A DNA stretch of 64,000 bases, from the NCBI GenBank assembly GCA_964571695.1, contig CAZNDG010000012.1:2296-66295 (forward strand). Direction: 5' to 3'. Shown piece after piece: positions 25,994 to 36,012 of the stretch. Under the pieces are notes generated by a model that saw only the letters and a list, made by a program, of their open reading frames with translations, ran no database searches and was not told the DNA's origin. Source of the stretch: an uncultured Syntrophus sp. (GTDB lineage: Bacteria; Desulfobacterota; Syntrophia; Syntrophales; UBA8958). Each line of letters opens with the position of its first letter. Positions within the stretch are counted from its first letter, which is position 1. Both the position numbers and the translations under genes were made by a program.

Positions 25994-26442
25994 GTTTTCC
26001 CCGGAGTTGAAGTAGTCTGAGTGGTTTCTATATGAACCGGCGATGTATTTCAAGAAAATAAAGTTTTACCCGGCAATAAGTCCTCTCCGGCGTCACCGGA
26101 CGAATCGCTCCGCTTCCCGCCGCTGGCCCTTCAGCAAAGCCCGGCACGGTTATTTCTTGACATCGAGCGGCAAAAAAACGAAAAGAGGCAAAATGACCGG
26201 CGCACAAAAAATTCTCATGCCCCGCGGCGCGCCGGGAAGCGCTATACTCGGATTTGATTTTTAGCGGTGGCTCTGGGGACTCACTATTTAGCATTTAGAT
26301 CTGAAAGCGCCGTCCAAGTTCATGAGGACTCCATTTTGCCGGGTCGTCAAGTCCGGGTCGGCCGGGCAGGAGAAGGAACGTAAATGTACCGGATGAAAAT
26401 CACTATTGGCGGCGATTATCGCCGGACCCCGGCGGTGTGGTC

Positions 26443-27771
26443 ATGAGACCGGTAATTGCCGTCATCGGCCGGCCCAATGTGGGCAAATCCACCCTCTTCA
26501 ACCGCCTGGCCGGCCGGGGCAAGGCGATCGTCATCAATGAGCCGGGGGCGACGCGGGACCGGAATTATGCCGACGGCGACTGGCAGGGACGCCCGTTTGT
26601 CCTTATCGACACCGGCGGTTTCGAGCCGGCGGCTACCGACGGCATCCTGGCCCAGATGCGGGAACAGACCACCCTCGCCATGGAAGAGGCGGACATCATT
26701 GTGTTTCTCATGGACGGGCGCGACGGGCTGACGCCGGCGGACCGGGAAATAGCCGCCATGCTCCGGGAAATCGATAAACCGGTCTTCCATGTCGTCAACA
26801 AGATCGACGGCCCAAAACACGAGCAACTCGCCTATGATTTTTACGGTCTGGGAGTAGAAGAAATCTTTACCCTTTCCGCCCAGCACGGCCAGGGCGTTTT
26901 CGAGCTTATGGATGCGATGGTGCATCTCCTTCCCGAGAAGGTCGAGGCGCCGCGGGATGAGGAGCGGCTCCGCATCGCCGTCATCGGCAAGCCAAACGTG
27001 GGGAAATCATCCCTGATCAACCGGCTCCTGGGTTATGAGCGGACCATTGCCAACCCCATGCCGGGGACAACCCGGGACGCCATCGACACCCCCTTCGAGC
27101 GGCAGGGGAGAAAGTATCTCCTCGTCGATACGGCGGGGATCCGCCGCAAGAGCCGCGTCAGCCTTACCCTGGAGAAGTACAGTATCGTTCAGGCCCTCAA
27201 GACCATCGACCGGTGCGACATTGCACTGATCCTAATCGATGCCGCCGAGGGCATTACGGAGCAGGACGTCAAGATCGCCGGCCTGGCCCACGAACGGGGC
27301 ACCGCCTGCATCCTGGCGGTCAACAAGTGGGATCTGGTGGTCAAGGACAACGAAACGATCGGCGTTTACGTAAAGGATATCAAGGACAAAGCCAAGTTCC
27401 TCGATTTTGCGCCGATCATTTTCATCTCCGCCCTTTCGGGGCAGCGAGTGACGAAGATCTTCGACCTGATCGAAAAGGTTTACGAACAATACACCCGGCG
27501 GATTTCCACCGGCGACCTCAATCGGGCGGTACGGGAATTTACGGACCGGAATCCGCCGTCCCGGTCCGGCGGCCGCCCCAACGCCTTTGCCTATGTCACC
27601 CAAGTCGCCGTCAAACCACCGACTTTCATCTTCTTTGTGCGCGATCCCCGGGCGGTCCATTTCTCCTACGAGCGCTATCTGGCCAATCAGCTCCGGGAGG
27701 CCTTCGGTTTCGACACCGTGCCGTTGCGGATCTTCTTCAAGAAAAAGAGCAAATCCCCGCTTTCATCTTGA
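26443..27771 (+). CDS. der: ribosome-associated GTPase Der (EngA)
   Basis: Two G-domains are present (GRPNVGKSTLFNRL and GKPNVGKSSLINRL) plus a KH-like C-terminus. Confidence 0.93.
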   Translation: MRPVIAVIGRPNVGKSTLFNRLAGRGKAIVINEPGATRDRNYADGDWQGRPFVLIDTGGFEPAATDGILAQMREQTTLAMEEADIIVFLMDGRDGLTPADREIAAMLREIDKPVFHVVNKIDGPKHEQLAYDFYGLGVEEIFTLSAQHGQGVFELMDAMVHLLPEKVEAPRDEERLRIAVIGKPNVGKSSLINRLLGYERTIANPMPGTTRDAIDTPFERQGRKYLLVDTAGIRRKSRVSLTLEKYSIVQALKTIDRCDIALILIDAAEGITEQDVKIAGLAHERGTACILAVNKWDLVVKDNETIGVYVKDIKDKAKFLDFAPIIFISALSGQRVTKIFDLIEKVYEQYTRRISTGDLNRAVREFTDRNPPSRSGGRPNAFAYVTQVAVKPPTFIFFVRDPRAVHFSYERYLANQLREAFGFDTVPLRIFFKKKSKSPLSS

Positions 27772-27834
27772 CGAGGTAGGGATGTTTACAGTATGGACGG
27801 GCTTCTAACCCAGACAACAGGAAAAGGAGGTTAT

Positions 27835-29007
27835 ATGGTCGTGAAATCATCTGCGCGTATCTTTGTGTCCTGGTTTATTGGCATTGGCTTGGCGTTCCTG
27901 CTTACCGGTTCCGCCGCGGCGGCGGACACCATCAGGCTGGGTGTCGCCGGGGCCCACAGCGGCGATCTTGCTTCTTACGGACTGCCCACTAAACGGGCCG
28001 CCGAACTGGTGGTCAAAGAGTTCAATGCCAAGGGCGGCGTCCTGGGGAAGAAAGTCGAGATTTTGGCTGAGGACGACGTCTGCAAACCGGAAGTGGCGAC
28101 GAACACCGCCACCAAGCTTGTGTCCGGCGGCGTCCATGTGGTGTTGGGACATATCTGCAGCGGGGCTACGAAAACGGCCTTGGGCATTTATAAAGATGCG
28201 GGCATCGTCACCATGTCTTCCTCCGCCACCAATCCCGATCTGACCCAGAGCGGCAAGTACCCGAATTTCTTCCGCACCATCGCCTCCGATGACGCCCAGG
28301 CCCGCCTGGATGCCGAGTTTGCCATGGATGTCCTGAAGGTGAAAAAGATCGCCGTGCTCCACGACAAGGGAGATTACGGGAAAGGCCTGGCGGAATTTGC
28401 CCGGTCCTTCATCGATGCCTCCAAGAAGGCCAAGGTGGTCCTCTTCGAGGGGATCACCCCCGGCGCCGTCGATTATTCCGCGGTGGTGAACAAGATCAAA
28501 CAATCCGGGGCAGAGGCTGTTATTTATGGGGGGTATCATCCCGAGGCCTCCTCAATCGTCATCCAGATGCGCAAGAAAAGGATGAACACCTACTTCATCT
28601 CCGATGACGGGGTGAAGGACGACACCTTCATCAAGGTGGCCGGCAAGGCGGCGGAAGGTGTCTATGCCTCGGGCCCCAAGGACACCACCAAAAATCCCCT
28701 GGCCATCGCCGCCATCGCCGCGCACAAGACGACCTATAATGCCGATCCGGGCGCCTTCTTCCTGAATGGTTACGCCGCGGCCCAGGCCCTCCTGACGGCA
28801 ATCCAGAAGGCCAAATCCACCAAATACGCCGCCGTGGCCAAGGCGTTGCGTACCTACCCGGTGGATACCCCCCTGGGAAAGATCAAGTTCGACAAGAACG
28901 GCGACGCCATTGGCGTGGGCTTTTCCATGTATCAGGTGAAAAACGGGGTCTATGTCGAGGTGCCCACAGCGGCAGCAGCCGCACCGGCGCCGAAGAAGAA
29001 GAGATAA
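27835..29007 (+). CDS. branched-chain amino acid ABC transporter substrate-binding protein
   Basis: There is a signal peptide and a LivJ/LivK-type periplasmic binding fold (IRLGVAGAHSGDLASYG, DDVCKPEVA). An AAGGAGG lies upstream. Confidence 0.88.
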   Translation: MVVKSSARIFVSWFIGIGLAFLLTGSAAAADTIRLGVAGAHSGDLASYGLPTKRAAELVVKEFNAKGGVLGKKVEILAEDDVCKPEVATNTATKLVSGGVHVVLGHICSGATKTALGIYKDAGIVTMSSSATNPDLTQSGKYPNFFRTIASDDAQARLDAEFAMDVLKVKKIAVLHDKGDYGKGLAEFARSFIDASKKAKVVLFEGITPGAVDYSAVVNKIKQSGAEAVIYGGYHPEASSIVIQMRKKRMNTYFISDDGVKDDTFIKVAGKAAEGVYASGPKDTTKNPLAIAAIAAHKTTYNADPGAFFLNGYAAAQALLTAIQKAKSTKYAAVAKALRTYPVDTPLGKIKFDKNGDAIGVGFSMYQVKNGVYVEVPTAAAAAPAPKKKR

Positions 29008-29910
29008 GTGGATTATTTCCTTGAGCTTTTTTTTGGAGGACTGACGCGGGGCAGCATCTACGCCCTCATTGCCCTGGGATACACGATGGTGTACGGCATC
29101 ATCGAGCTGATCAATTTCGCCCACGGGGAGATTTACATGATCGGGGCCTTCACGGCCCTGATCGTGTCTTCCGTCCTGGCCTTCGCGGGGCTCTCGGGAC
29201 TTTCGGTCCTCTTTCTGGCGGCGGCGGTAGCGATCATCTACTCCGCCGCTTATGGCTTTACCGTGGAGAAAATAGCCTACAAGCCCCTGCGCCAGGCCTC
29301 CCGGCTTTCGCCCCTCATCAGCGCCATCGGCATGTCCATCTTCCTCCAGAATTACGTCATGCTGGCCCAGACATCGGATTTCCTTCCCTTTCCCAGCCTC
29401 CTTCCCGAATTGCCGTTCTTGGAGGGACTGGGGTTCAGTATCGGTTCCACGGAGTTGATCATCCTGATGACGACGGCGGTCTCCATGGTGCTGCTGACCC
29501 TCCTCATCAAGTTCACGAAGATGGGGAAGGCCATGCGGGCCACGGCCCAGGACCGCAAAATGGCCATGCTGGTGGGGGTCGACGTCAACCGGACGATTTC
29601 CTATACCTTTATCATCGGTTCGGTGCTGGCCGCCATCGGTGGGGTCCTCATCGCCTCCCACATCGGCCGGATCAATTTCTACATCGGCTTCATCGCCGGC
29701 ATCAAGGCCTTTACGGCGGCGGTCCTCGGCGGGATCGGCTCCATCCCCGGGGCGGTGCTGGGGGCCCTGGTCCTGGGCTGGACGGAGAGCTTCGCCACTG
29801 GATACGTTTCCAGTGATTACGAGGACGTATTTGCCTTCCTCCTCCTCGTGATCATTTTGATCATGCGTCCTTCCGGTCTGCTGGGCCGTTCGACGGTGCA
29901 GAAAGTATAA
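29008..29910 (+). CDS. livH: branched-chain amino acid ABC transporter permease
   Basis: The sequence is LivH-like (GLTRGSIYALIALGYTMVYG). The GTG start immediately follows the upstream stop. Confidence 0.9.
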   Translation: MDYFLELFFGGLTRGSIYALIALGYTMVYGIIELINFAHGEIYMIGAFTALIVSSVLAFAGLSGLSVLFLAAAVAIIYSAAYGFTVEKIAYKPLRQASRLSPLISAIGMSIFLQNYVMLAQTSDFLPFPSLLPELPFLEGLGFSIGSTELIILMTTAVSMVLLTLLIKFTKMGKAMRATAQDRKMAMLVGVDVNRTISYTFIIGSVLAAIGGVLIASHIGRINFYIGFIAGIKAFTAAVLGGIGSIPGAVLGALVLGWTESFATGYVSSDYEDVFAFLLLVIILIMRPSGLLGRSTVQKV

Positions 29911-29924
29911 GAGGAGCCGCTCCC

Positions 29925-31343
29925 TTGCCCGCCATTGTCCAGATCCGCCAATCCCTGATCATCGCCCTCTGGTTCATGTTCCTGACCTTTCCCGTTTTGG
30001 TGATCCGCGTCAATACCATCGAAAACATCATCGAATGGCGTTGGGTGAACATGTTGTATGTGGGAGCGGGAAGCTTTCTGGGGTCCTTCGCCTGGCGATA
30101 TTTCTTGGTACGCCAGGCACGGGGGGCAAGAAGAGATAAGCCTCCCGTCCGGACCGCGCGGCAAAGTGAGTTGACGGCGGGAACGGGAAAGGAAGGGATG
30201 ACGGCGCCGTCGGATCGGCCGGGAGAACTCCGCGCCACCGCGGCGACCGGCAGTGCCCAGCGGGGAGGGGTGGCGATTCCGGAAGGGGAAATCGGCTCTT
30301 TGGCACCGGATGATGTTCATAAAGCGACAGTCGCTTCCGCCCCGCCGGCCAAACCCTCGCTGCGCCGGTTAACGGACGACCCGAAACTCCGCCGCCCCCT
30401 GCTGCTGATCCTGGCCGCCGCCGGGACGATCTTCCCTTTTCTTCCCTTCGCCTCGACCTATCAGATCAATATCGTCACCAACGCCCTCCTCTACGTGATG
30501 CTGGGATTGGGGCTCAACATCGTCGTCGGCCTGGCGGGACTCCTCCATCTGGGTTACGTGGCGTTCTATGCCGTGGGCGCCTATAGTTACGCCCTCCTCT
30601 ATCACCATTTCGGCATCGGCTTCTGGACCGCCCTGCCCCTGGGCGCCCTCCTGGCGACCCTGTTCGGCATTGTACTGGGGTTTCCCGTCCTGCGTCTCCG
30701 GGGTGATTATCTGGCCATCGTCACCCTTGGCTTTGCCGAGATAACCCGCCTCGTCCTGGAAAACTGGAACGAGTTTTCCTTCGGTCCGAGCGGGATCGCC
30801 GGGATTCCCCGGCCGAGTCTCTTCGGTTGGGAAATGGATCTCCACGGGGCCACGATCTACATCTATTTCCTTATGATCTTTCTGTGCCTCCTGACGATCT
30901 TTGTGGTCAACCGCCTCCAGAACTCCCGGATCGGCCGGGCCTGGGTGGCCCTCCGGGAGGACGAAACGGCTTGTGAGGCCATGGGCGTCAATCCCACCGC
31001 GGCAAAACTCACGGCCTTCGCCCTGGGTTCCACCTGGGCGGGGCTCGCCGGCGTGGTCTTCGCCGCCAAGACGACCTTCGTCAATCCGGCGAGTTTCACC
31101 TTCCTCGAATCGGCCATGATTCTCTCCATCGTCGTCCTGGGCGGCATGGGTTCCATCCTGGGCGTGATCATCGGCGCCTTCGTTCTGATCCTAACACCGG
31201 AATATCTCCGGGCCTTCAGCGAATACCGGATGCTGCTGTTCGGCCTGATCATGGTGATGATGATGATCTTCCGGCCCCAGGGCATCGTCAGCGGCGTCCG
31301 CCGGATCTATGAATTCCATCGGGGATCGGAGAAGCAGAGATGA
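29925..31343 (+). CDS. livM: branched-chain amino acid ABC transporter permease with extended low-complexity loop
   Basis: A LivM-like core is present (NALLYVMLGLGLNIVVGLAGLLHLGYVAFYAVGAY). A ~90-aa R/A/G/P-rich insert lies after the first TM pair (~30111-30375). The start is TTG with a GAGGAG upstream. Confidence 0.85.
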   Translation: MPAIVQIRQSLIIALWFMFLTFPVLVIRVNTIENIIEWRWVNMLYVGAGSFLGSFAWRYFLVRQARGARRDKPPVRTARQSELTAGTGKEGMTAPSDRPGELRATAATGSAQRGGVAIPEGEIGSLAPDDVHKATVASAPPAKPSLRRLTDDPKLRRPLLLILAAAGTIFPFLPFASTYQINIVTNALLYVMLGLGLNIVVGLAGLLHLGYVAFYAVGAYSYALLYHHFGIGFWTALPLGALLATLFGIVLGFPVLRLRGDYLAIVTLGFAEITRLVLENWNEFSFGPSGIAGIPRPSLFGWEMDLHGATIYIYFLMIFLCLLTIFVVNRLQNSRIGRAWVALREDETACEAMGVNPTAAKLTAFALGSTWAGLAGVVFAAKTTFVNPASFTFLESAMILSIVVLGGMGSILGVIIGAFVLILTPEYLRAFSEYRMLLFGLIMVMMMIFRPQGIVSGVRRIYEFHRGSEKQR

Positions 31344-32140
31344 ACGCCGTGACGGAACCCCTCCTCAATGTCCAGGCACTGACCATGAATTTCGGCGGGC
31401 TCCGGGCCCTGGACCAGGTAAGCCTCCAGGTTCAGCCCGGGGAGGTAGTGGCCCTGATCGGCCCCAACGGCGCGGGGAAAACCACCTTCTTCAATTGTGT
31501 TACCGGCATCTACCGGCCCTCGGGCGGGGATGTCTTCGTGACGCCGCCGGGGAAGAAACGGCGGCGCCTCAACGGTCTGAAGACCCACCAGGTCACGGCC
31601 TCGGGGTTGGCCCGGACCTTCCAGAACATCCGCCTCTTCCAGGAGATGACCGTTCTGGAGAACGTCATGATCGGCCGCCACTGCCGGACCCGGGCGGGGG
31701 TCCTCGGGGCGGTACTCCGGGATCCCCAGACCCGCCGGGAGGAAAGGGATATCGTGGAGCGCAGTTACGCCATCCTGGAAAAGATAGGCCTTGCCGGCGA
31801 GGTAAACGAGCTGGCCAAGAACCTTCCCTACGGCGATCAGCGCCGCCTGGAGATCGCCCGGGCCATGGCAACGGAGCCCTTCCTTCTCCTCCTCGACGAG
31901 CCCGCGGCGGGGATGAACCCCCGGGAGACCGACGCCCTCGAGGTGTTGATCCGCCGGATCTGCGATGAGGAAAAAATAGCCGTCCTGATGATCGAGCACG
32001 ACATGCGGATCGTCATGAGCATCTCCAACCGCATCTATGTCCTCGACTACGGCAAGGGGATCGCCGCCGGGACCGCCGCGGAGATCTGGGAGAATCCCGT
32101 GGTGATCAAGGCCTACCTGGGCGAGGAAACGGAGGAATAA
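31340..32140 (+). CDS. livG: branched-chain amino acid ABC transporter ATP-binding protein
   Basis: Walker A GPNGAGKTT, an LSYG-type signature region and Walker B LLLLDEP are present. There is an ATGA overlap with livM. Confidence 0.92.
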   Translation: MNAVTEPLLNVQALTMNFGGLRALDQVSLQVQPGEVVALIGPNGAGKTTFFNCVTGIYRPSGGDVFVTPPGKKRRRLNGLKTHQVTASGLARTFQNIRLFQEMTVLENVMIGRHCRTRAGVLGAVLRDPQTRREERDIVERSYAILEKIGLAGEVNELAKNLPYGDQRRLEIARAMATEPFLLLLDEPAAGMNPRETDALEVLIRRICDEEKIAVLMIEHDMRIVMSISNRIYVLDYGKGIAAGTAAEIWENPVVIKAYLGEETEE

Positions 32141-32262
32141 AATGGGGACGGTTCTCTTTTTCGGCGACAGCCCTGATCCGGTGACAAAAAAAAGGAAAAA
32201 GTGGGGACGGTTCCCATTTTCAAGTAAGCATGTCGAACTAATCGAAATGGGGGCGGTTCTCG
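32139..32262 (+). repeat. three direct copies of a ~15-nt motif (AAAWTGGGGRCGGTTCYC) in the livG-livF spacer
   Basis: Copies lie at 32139-32156, 32197-32215 and 32245-32262. A related inverted copy lies at 54258-54275, just after the helicase stop. Confidence 0.6.
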
Positions 32263-32329
32263 CTTTCCGCGGAGATCTTCACCCGGTGGCGGAGAACCCC
32301 TCCGCCATACGGGACATACCGGAGGGGCG

Positions 32330-33046
32330 ATGAGCGACCTGCTCGAATTGATAGACGTCCAGACTTATTATGGCAACATCCAGGCCCTGAAGGATATTAC
32401 GCTCAGCGTAGGGGAGGGGGAGATCATCACCCTCATCGGGGCCAACGGGGCGGGCAAATCCACGACCCTGATGTCCATCTCGGGCATTGTCCCGCCGCGT
32501 GCCGGCGACATCCTGTTCATGGGTCGAAGTCTTGGTGGGGTCAGCCCCAACGAGATCGTTGCGTTGGGGATTTCCCAGGTGCCGGAAGGGCGCCGGATCT
32601 TCCCCTATCTCACGGTGACGGAAAATCTCGACATGGGGGCTTTTCTCCGCAAGGACAAGGCCGGTGTCAAAAAGGACATGGAGCATATCTTCGAACTCTT
32701 CCCCATCCTTGCGGAGCGGCGGAACCAGCCGGGGGGCACCCTCTCCGGCGGCGAGCAGCAGATGCTGGCCATTTCCCGGGCCCTTATGGCCCGCCCCCGC
32801 TTACTTCTCCTCGACGAGCCTTCTCTCGGCCTGGCCCCCATCTATGTCCGCCTCATTTTCGACATCATCCGCCGGATCAACCGGGAGAACGGGACGACGA
32901 TCTTTCTGGTGGAACAGAACGCCAATATGGCCCTGAAGGTGGCCCACCGGGGGTATGTCATGGAGACGGGCCGGATCGTCATGGCGGATACAGCGGAAAA
33001 CCTCCGCAACGACGAAGGGGTGAAGCGGGCCTACCTGGGGGCGTGA
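32330..33046 (+). CDS. livF: branched-chain amino acid ABC transporter ATP-binding protein
   Basis: Walker A GANGAGKST, the signature LSGGEQQML and Walker B LLLLDEPS are present. Confidence 0.92.
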   Translation: MSDLLELIDVQTYYGNIQALKDITLSVGEGEIITLIGANGAGKSTTLMSISGIVPPRAGDILFMGRSLGGVSPNEIVALGISQVPEGRRIFPYLTVTENLDMGAFLRKDKAGVKKDMEHIFELFPILAERRNQPGGTLSGGEQQMLAISRALMARPRLLLLDEPSLGLAPIYVRLIFDIIRRINRENGTTIFLVEQNANMALKVAHRGYVMETGRIVMADTAENLRNDEGVKRAYLGA

Positions 33047-33214
33047 GGCTGGATCAGGATCAGGAGACCGTTATGTCACGCAAACTGTCGCCAGATTGGA
33101 CGGAGTCGATAATTTCCGGCGGCGAGGCACATTTTTCGTTGCCGGGTACGGACAGGGGGGGTCCTGACCTCCCGGCGCCGAAGGGGCGCCGGCACATGGT
33201 TAACATCGCTATGG

Positions 33215-33676
33215 ATGCCGATATCAATGCCTGAAGCTGGAACTTTCGCTGACAAAATCTTGATCGAATCCCTGCCGGTCGGCGGTCCCGATGAGGTGGA
33301 GCGGCGGATCTTTTCCGAGAAGGGCGAGATGGCCCAGATCATCAACCGCCCGGATGCCACCATCCGTCAGATCGTTTACTGGGACATCGATTCCGCCCGG
33401 ACCGGCGTGGATCGGGGGCACCATTATCACCGGAAGAAGACGGACCGGATGTACGTGATCTCCGGCGAGGTGGAACTGCTTCTCGAAGATCCACGGACCG
33501 GCGTGCAGGGCAAAGTCATCCTCAAGGCGGGAGAGCGGGTGCGGATCCTGCCCGGCATCGCCCATGCCGTCCGCTCCCGGGTCAAATCCCAGGTCCTCGA
33601 GTACAGCCCCGACCCCTACGACCCCGCCGACACCTATCCCTATCGCCTTGCTGCCGCACCGCCGATGCATGATTGA
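33215..33676 (+). CDS. cupin-fold protein related to the dTDP-4-dehydrorhamnose 3,5-epimerase / WxcM-FdtA family
   Basis: RGHHYHRKKTDRMYVISGEVELLLED...RILPGIAHAV is a cupin beta-barrel signature. The specific function is not assignable. Confidence 0.5.
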   Translation: MPISMPEAGTFADKILIESLPVGGPDEVERRIFSEKGEMAQIINRPDATIRQIVYWDIDSARTGVDRGHHYHRKKTDRMYVISGEVELLLEDPRTGVQGKVILKAGERVRILPGIAHAVRSRVKSQVLEYSPDPYDPADTYPYRLAAAPPMHD

Positions 33677-33790
33677 GATAACATCCGCCTTCCACACGCA
33701 AATGCCAAGCAAGTTTCCTGTTGTCAAGAAATGGCAAATTTTTATGGAATGTCTTGACAGCACAGGTTCCTTCTTTTAGTCTCGTCTCCC

Positions 33791-34717
33791 ATGAATGCCC
33801 CTTCCCACCCCACCGCCGTCAAAGGAAGGCCTTATCTGGCCCTCGTTTTTCTGAGCCTGATCTGGGGATACAACTGGGTGGTGATGAAGGAGGGGCTCCG
33901 CTTCTGCGATCCCTTCGTCTTTGCCGCCCTCCGCGTGGCCCTGGCAGCCGCCTTCCTTTTACCGCTCCTGATGTGGTCAGGAAAACCGTTACGGCCCCGG
34001 CAGATCAAAGGGACGATGCTGCTGGGTCTGTTTTCCACCACCCTGGGCCTTGGCCTCCCCATGTATGCCCTGGTGAGCGGCGGGGCGGGGAAAACGGCCA
34101 TTCTTCTTTACACCATGCCGTTCTGGGTCATCCTCCTGGCCTGGCCGATCCTGGGGGAGCGGATCCGGGGGATGGAATGGCTGGCGGTGATCCTGGCCTT
34201 TGCCGGTTTGGGGCTCATGGTGGACTTCCAGGCGGTGGGGGCCAAGCTCTGGTCAAGCGTCATCGCCGTACTGGCGGGCATCTCCTGGGCGGGGAGCGCA
34301 ATCGTCACCCGGATCATGAGGAGGAGTCCGGAATTCGAGCTCCTCTCCGTCACGACCTGGCAGATGATCTACGGCGCCATCCCTCTCATCCTGCTGGCCC
34401 TTCTGCTGCCGGCGCCGCCCATCCGCTGGACAGCCGTGTTCATTGCCGCCCTGGCGTACAACGTCATCTTCACGAGCGTCATCGCCTATCTGCTCTGGTT
34501 TTACATCCTGGAGCGTCTCCCGGCAGGGATGGCCACCATCGGCACCCTGGCCACGCCGGTGATCGCCGTCACCGCCGCCGCCGTGCAACTCGGGGAGATC
34601 CCTTCGCTCCAGGAGGCCGCCGGCATTGTCCTGATCCTCTCCGGGATCGCCTTCCTCAGTGCTGTGGCCATCGTCAGGACCCGCCGCCTGACGAGGATGT
34701 CTTCTCCCGCCGAATAG
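33791..34717 (+). CDS. EamA/DMT family transporter
   Basis: There are ten predicted TM segments and two EamA-like repeats (LIWGYNWVVMK...). Confidence 0.8.
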   Translation: MNAPSHPTAVKGRPYLALVFLSLIWGYNWVVMKEGLRFCDPFVFAALRVALAAAFLLPLLMWSGKPLRPRQIKGTMLLGLFSTTLGLGLPMYALVSGGAGKTAILLYTMPFWVILLAWPILGERIRGMEWLAVILAFAGLGLMVDFQAVGAKLWSSVIAVLAGISWAGSAIVTRIMRRSPEFELLSVTTWQMIYGAIPLILLALLLPAPPIRWTAVFIAALAYNVIFTSVIAYLLWFYILERLPAGMATIGTLATPVIAVTAAAVQLGEIPSLQEAAGIVLILSGIAFLSAVAIVRTRRLTRMSSPAE

Positions 34718-34924
34718 TCGCCGTTCCGGGGTTATGTCCGTGTCTTGCAGGCAAGGTTGCCTAACGATAAGGATTTGCGAAGTGGCGCCGGGGACGGCGT
34801 AGTTATCCGGATGACGCCGCTGCGCCAAGCTGGCAAAAGTGGTTGACAAACGGATGCTTGTTTCTGCTTGCGGGTAGCCTCGTTGAGAGATTTCCGCCCT
34901 CTTCAACATAGGCAGGTGGCTGGC

Positions 34925-35368
34925 TTATCCTGACATCTGCGTCAGTAATTGGCGCAAAGTGATGATGAAATCGCCGGGCTTCAAGGCTTTGATTTCTTCA
35001 TGATCCGGATGATAATGACGGATATTGAAGGTTATCAGGAATGAACACCCTTCCTGAATGGCCGCGACCAGTAGCGGCATATCGCTTGCGTCCGCCATGT
35101 TCTCATAATTAGACAAAGTCGCCGGCTGTGGGTCGGAAATGACTCGCAGACAGCGACTTACCAACAGGCGGAACTCGGGCAATTTAAAAGGAAGCTTTTC
35201 CTGGAGATTCCGTTCAACTTCCGTTACCGCCTGCTCGGAGGTTACACAATCCAGAATCGTCAGTTCCCCCATTCGCAGGATGACATGGCTGGCGCTCTGT
35301 TCCGAGGGCGCCGCCGCGCCAGCAAAAATCACGTCGGCATCGAGGAAAATCTTCAGCTTATTTGCCAT
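34925..35368 (-). CDS. PIN-domain toxin (VapC-like)
   Basis: IFLDADVIFAG (first acidic residue), TSEQAVTEVERNL, ADASDMPLLVAA and ITFNIRHY are present. It overlaps the upstream antitoxin gene by 11 nt. Confidence 0.75.
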   Translation of the reverse strand: MANKLKIFLDADVIFAGAAAPSEQSASHVILRMGELTILDCVTSEQAVTEVERNLQEKLPFKLPEFRLLVSRCLRVISDPQPATLSNYENMADASDMPLLVAAIQEGCSFLITFNIRHYHPDHEEIKALKPGDFIITLRQLLTQMSG

Positions 35369-35633
35369 CGGCGCCGTATCTTTCGGCGGTGTAGCGTTCC
35401 CGCTGGCGACGCAGATCAGCCAGCATCTCCTCTACGGTGAGGCCGGCTTCCAGACGCGCCTTTTCTATCTCTCTGGCCAACTCCGGCGCCAGGGGGGCCA
35501 AGGGTGACAAGATCAGCACCCCGTCGAAATCCACCAGGTTGAAGGTGTCGCCGGATTTGATCTTATAACGCTCCCGCACCTTGGCGGGCAAGGTCAAAGC
35601 GCCTCGCTGTCTCACTTGTACGGTATCGCCCAT
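35358..35633 (-). CDS. AbrB/MazE/SpoVT-family antitoxin
   Basis: VRQRGALTLPAKVRERYKIKSGDTF is a swapped-hairpin AbrB-type DNA-binding motif. The 91-aa protein sits upstream of the PIN gene. Confidence 0.75.
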   Translation of the reverse strand: MGDTVQVRQRGALTLPAKVRERYKIKSGDTFNLVDFDGVLILSPLAPLAPELAREIEKARLEAGLTVEEMLADLRRQRERYTAERYGADGK

Positions 35634-36012
35634 AATCGACCTCTTCTGAAAATCTGTCTTTTCTGATATTCAGATATATCGCCTTGGCTCTTGTCTGTCA
35701 ATATGAATGCTTACAATGACACAGTAATGTCCGGTTAAGTAATTGCATATGAAGATTCTGAGCCAGGCGGCTGATATAACCATATGCCGGTATTGTTGAC
35801 AATATCAGCGAGGCTCATTTCGTTACGGATTTTGATGCATATTTTCCTGAGCCGCTTGACGGAGACATGTTCCTTATATTCATCATGGCAATAAATGGCC
35901 AAGAGGATATAGGTGATCAATCCGGCCAGCATCTACATCATCAGGCCATATTTGCTCCTTGAAATCAGGTGGTAAACCTTCAGATGACGTTTCCACCAAC
36001 CGAAGAAAATCT

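Noticed and set aside
26054-26436. 380-nt spacer upstream of der, examined for an RNA gene (SRP RNA-like CCGGGTCGTCAAGTCCGGGTCGGCCGGGCAGGAGAAGGAA)
   Set aside because: The resemblance to the 4.5S/SRP conserved loop is superficial. I could not assemble a convincing helix 8 or any other known RNA fold, so no call is made.
32139-32262. Possible miniature CRISPR array
   Set aside because: There are only three short (~15-18 nt), imperfect repeats with irregular 40-50-nt spacing inside an operon, and no cas genes. This does not fit CRISPR architecture.
32142-32333. 63-aa ORF filling the livG-livF spacer
   Set aside because: Its sequence is generated by the three copies of the short DNA repeat. 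There is no SD and the composition is not coding-like.
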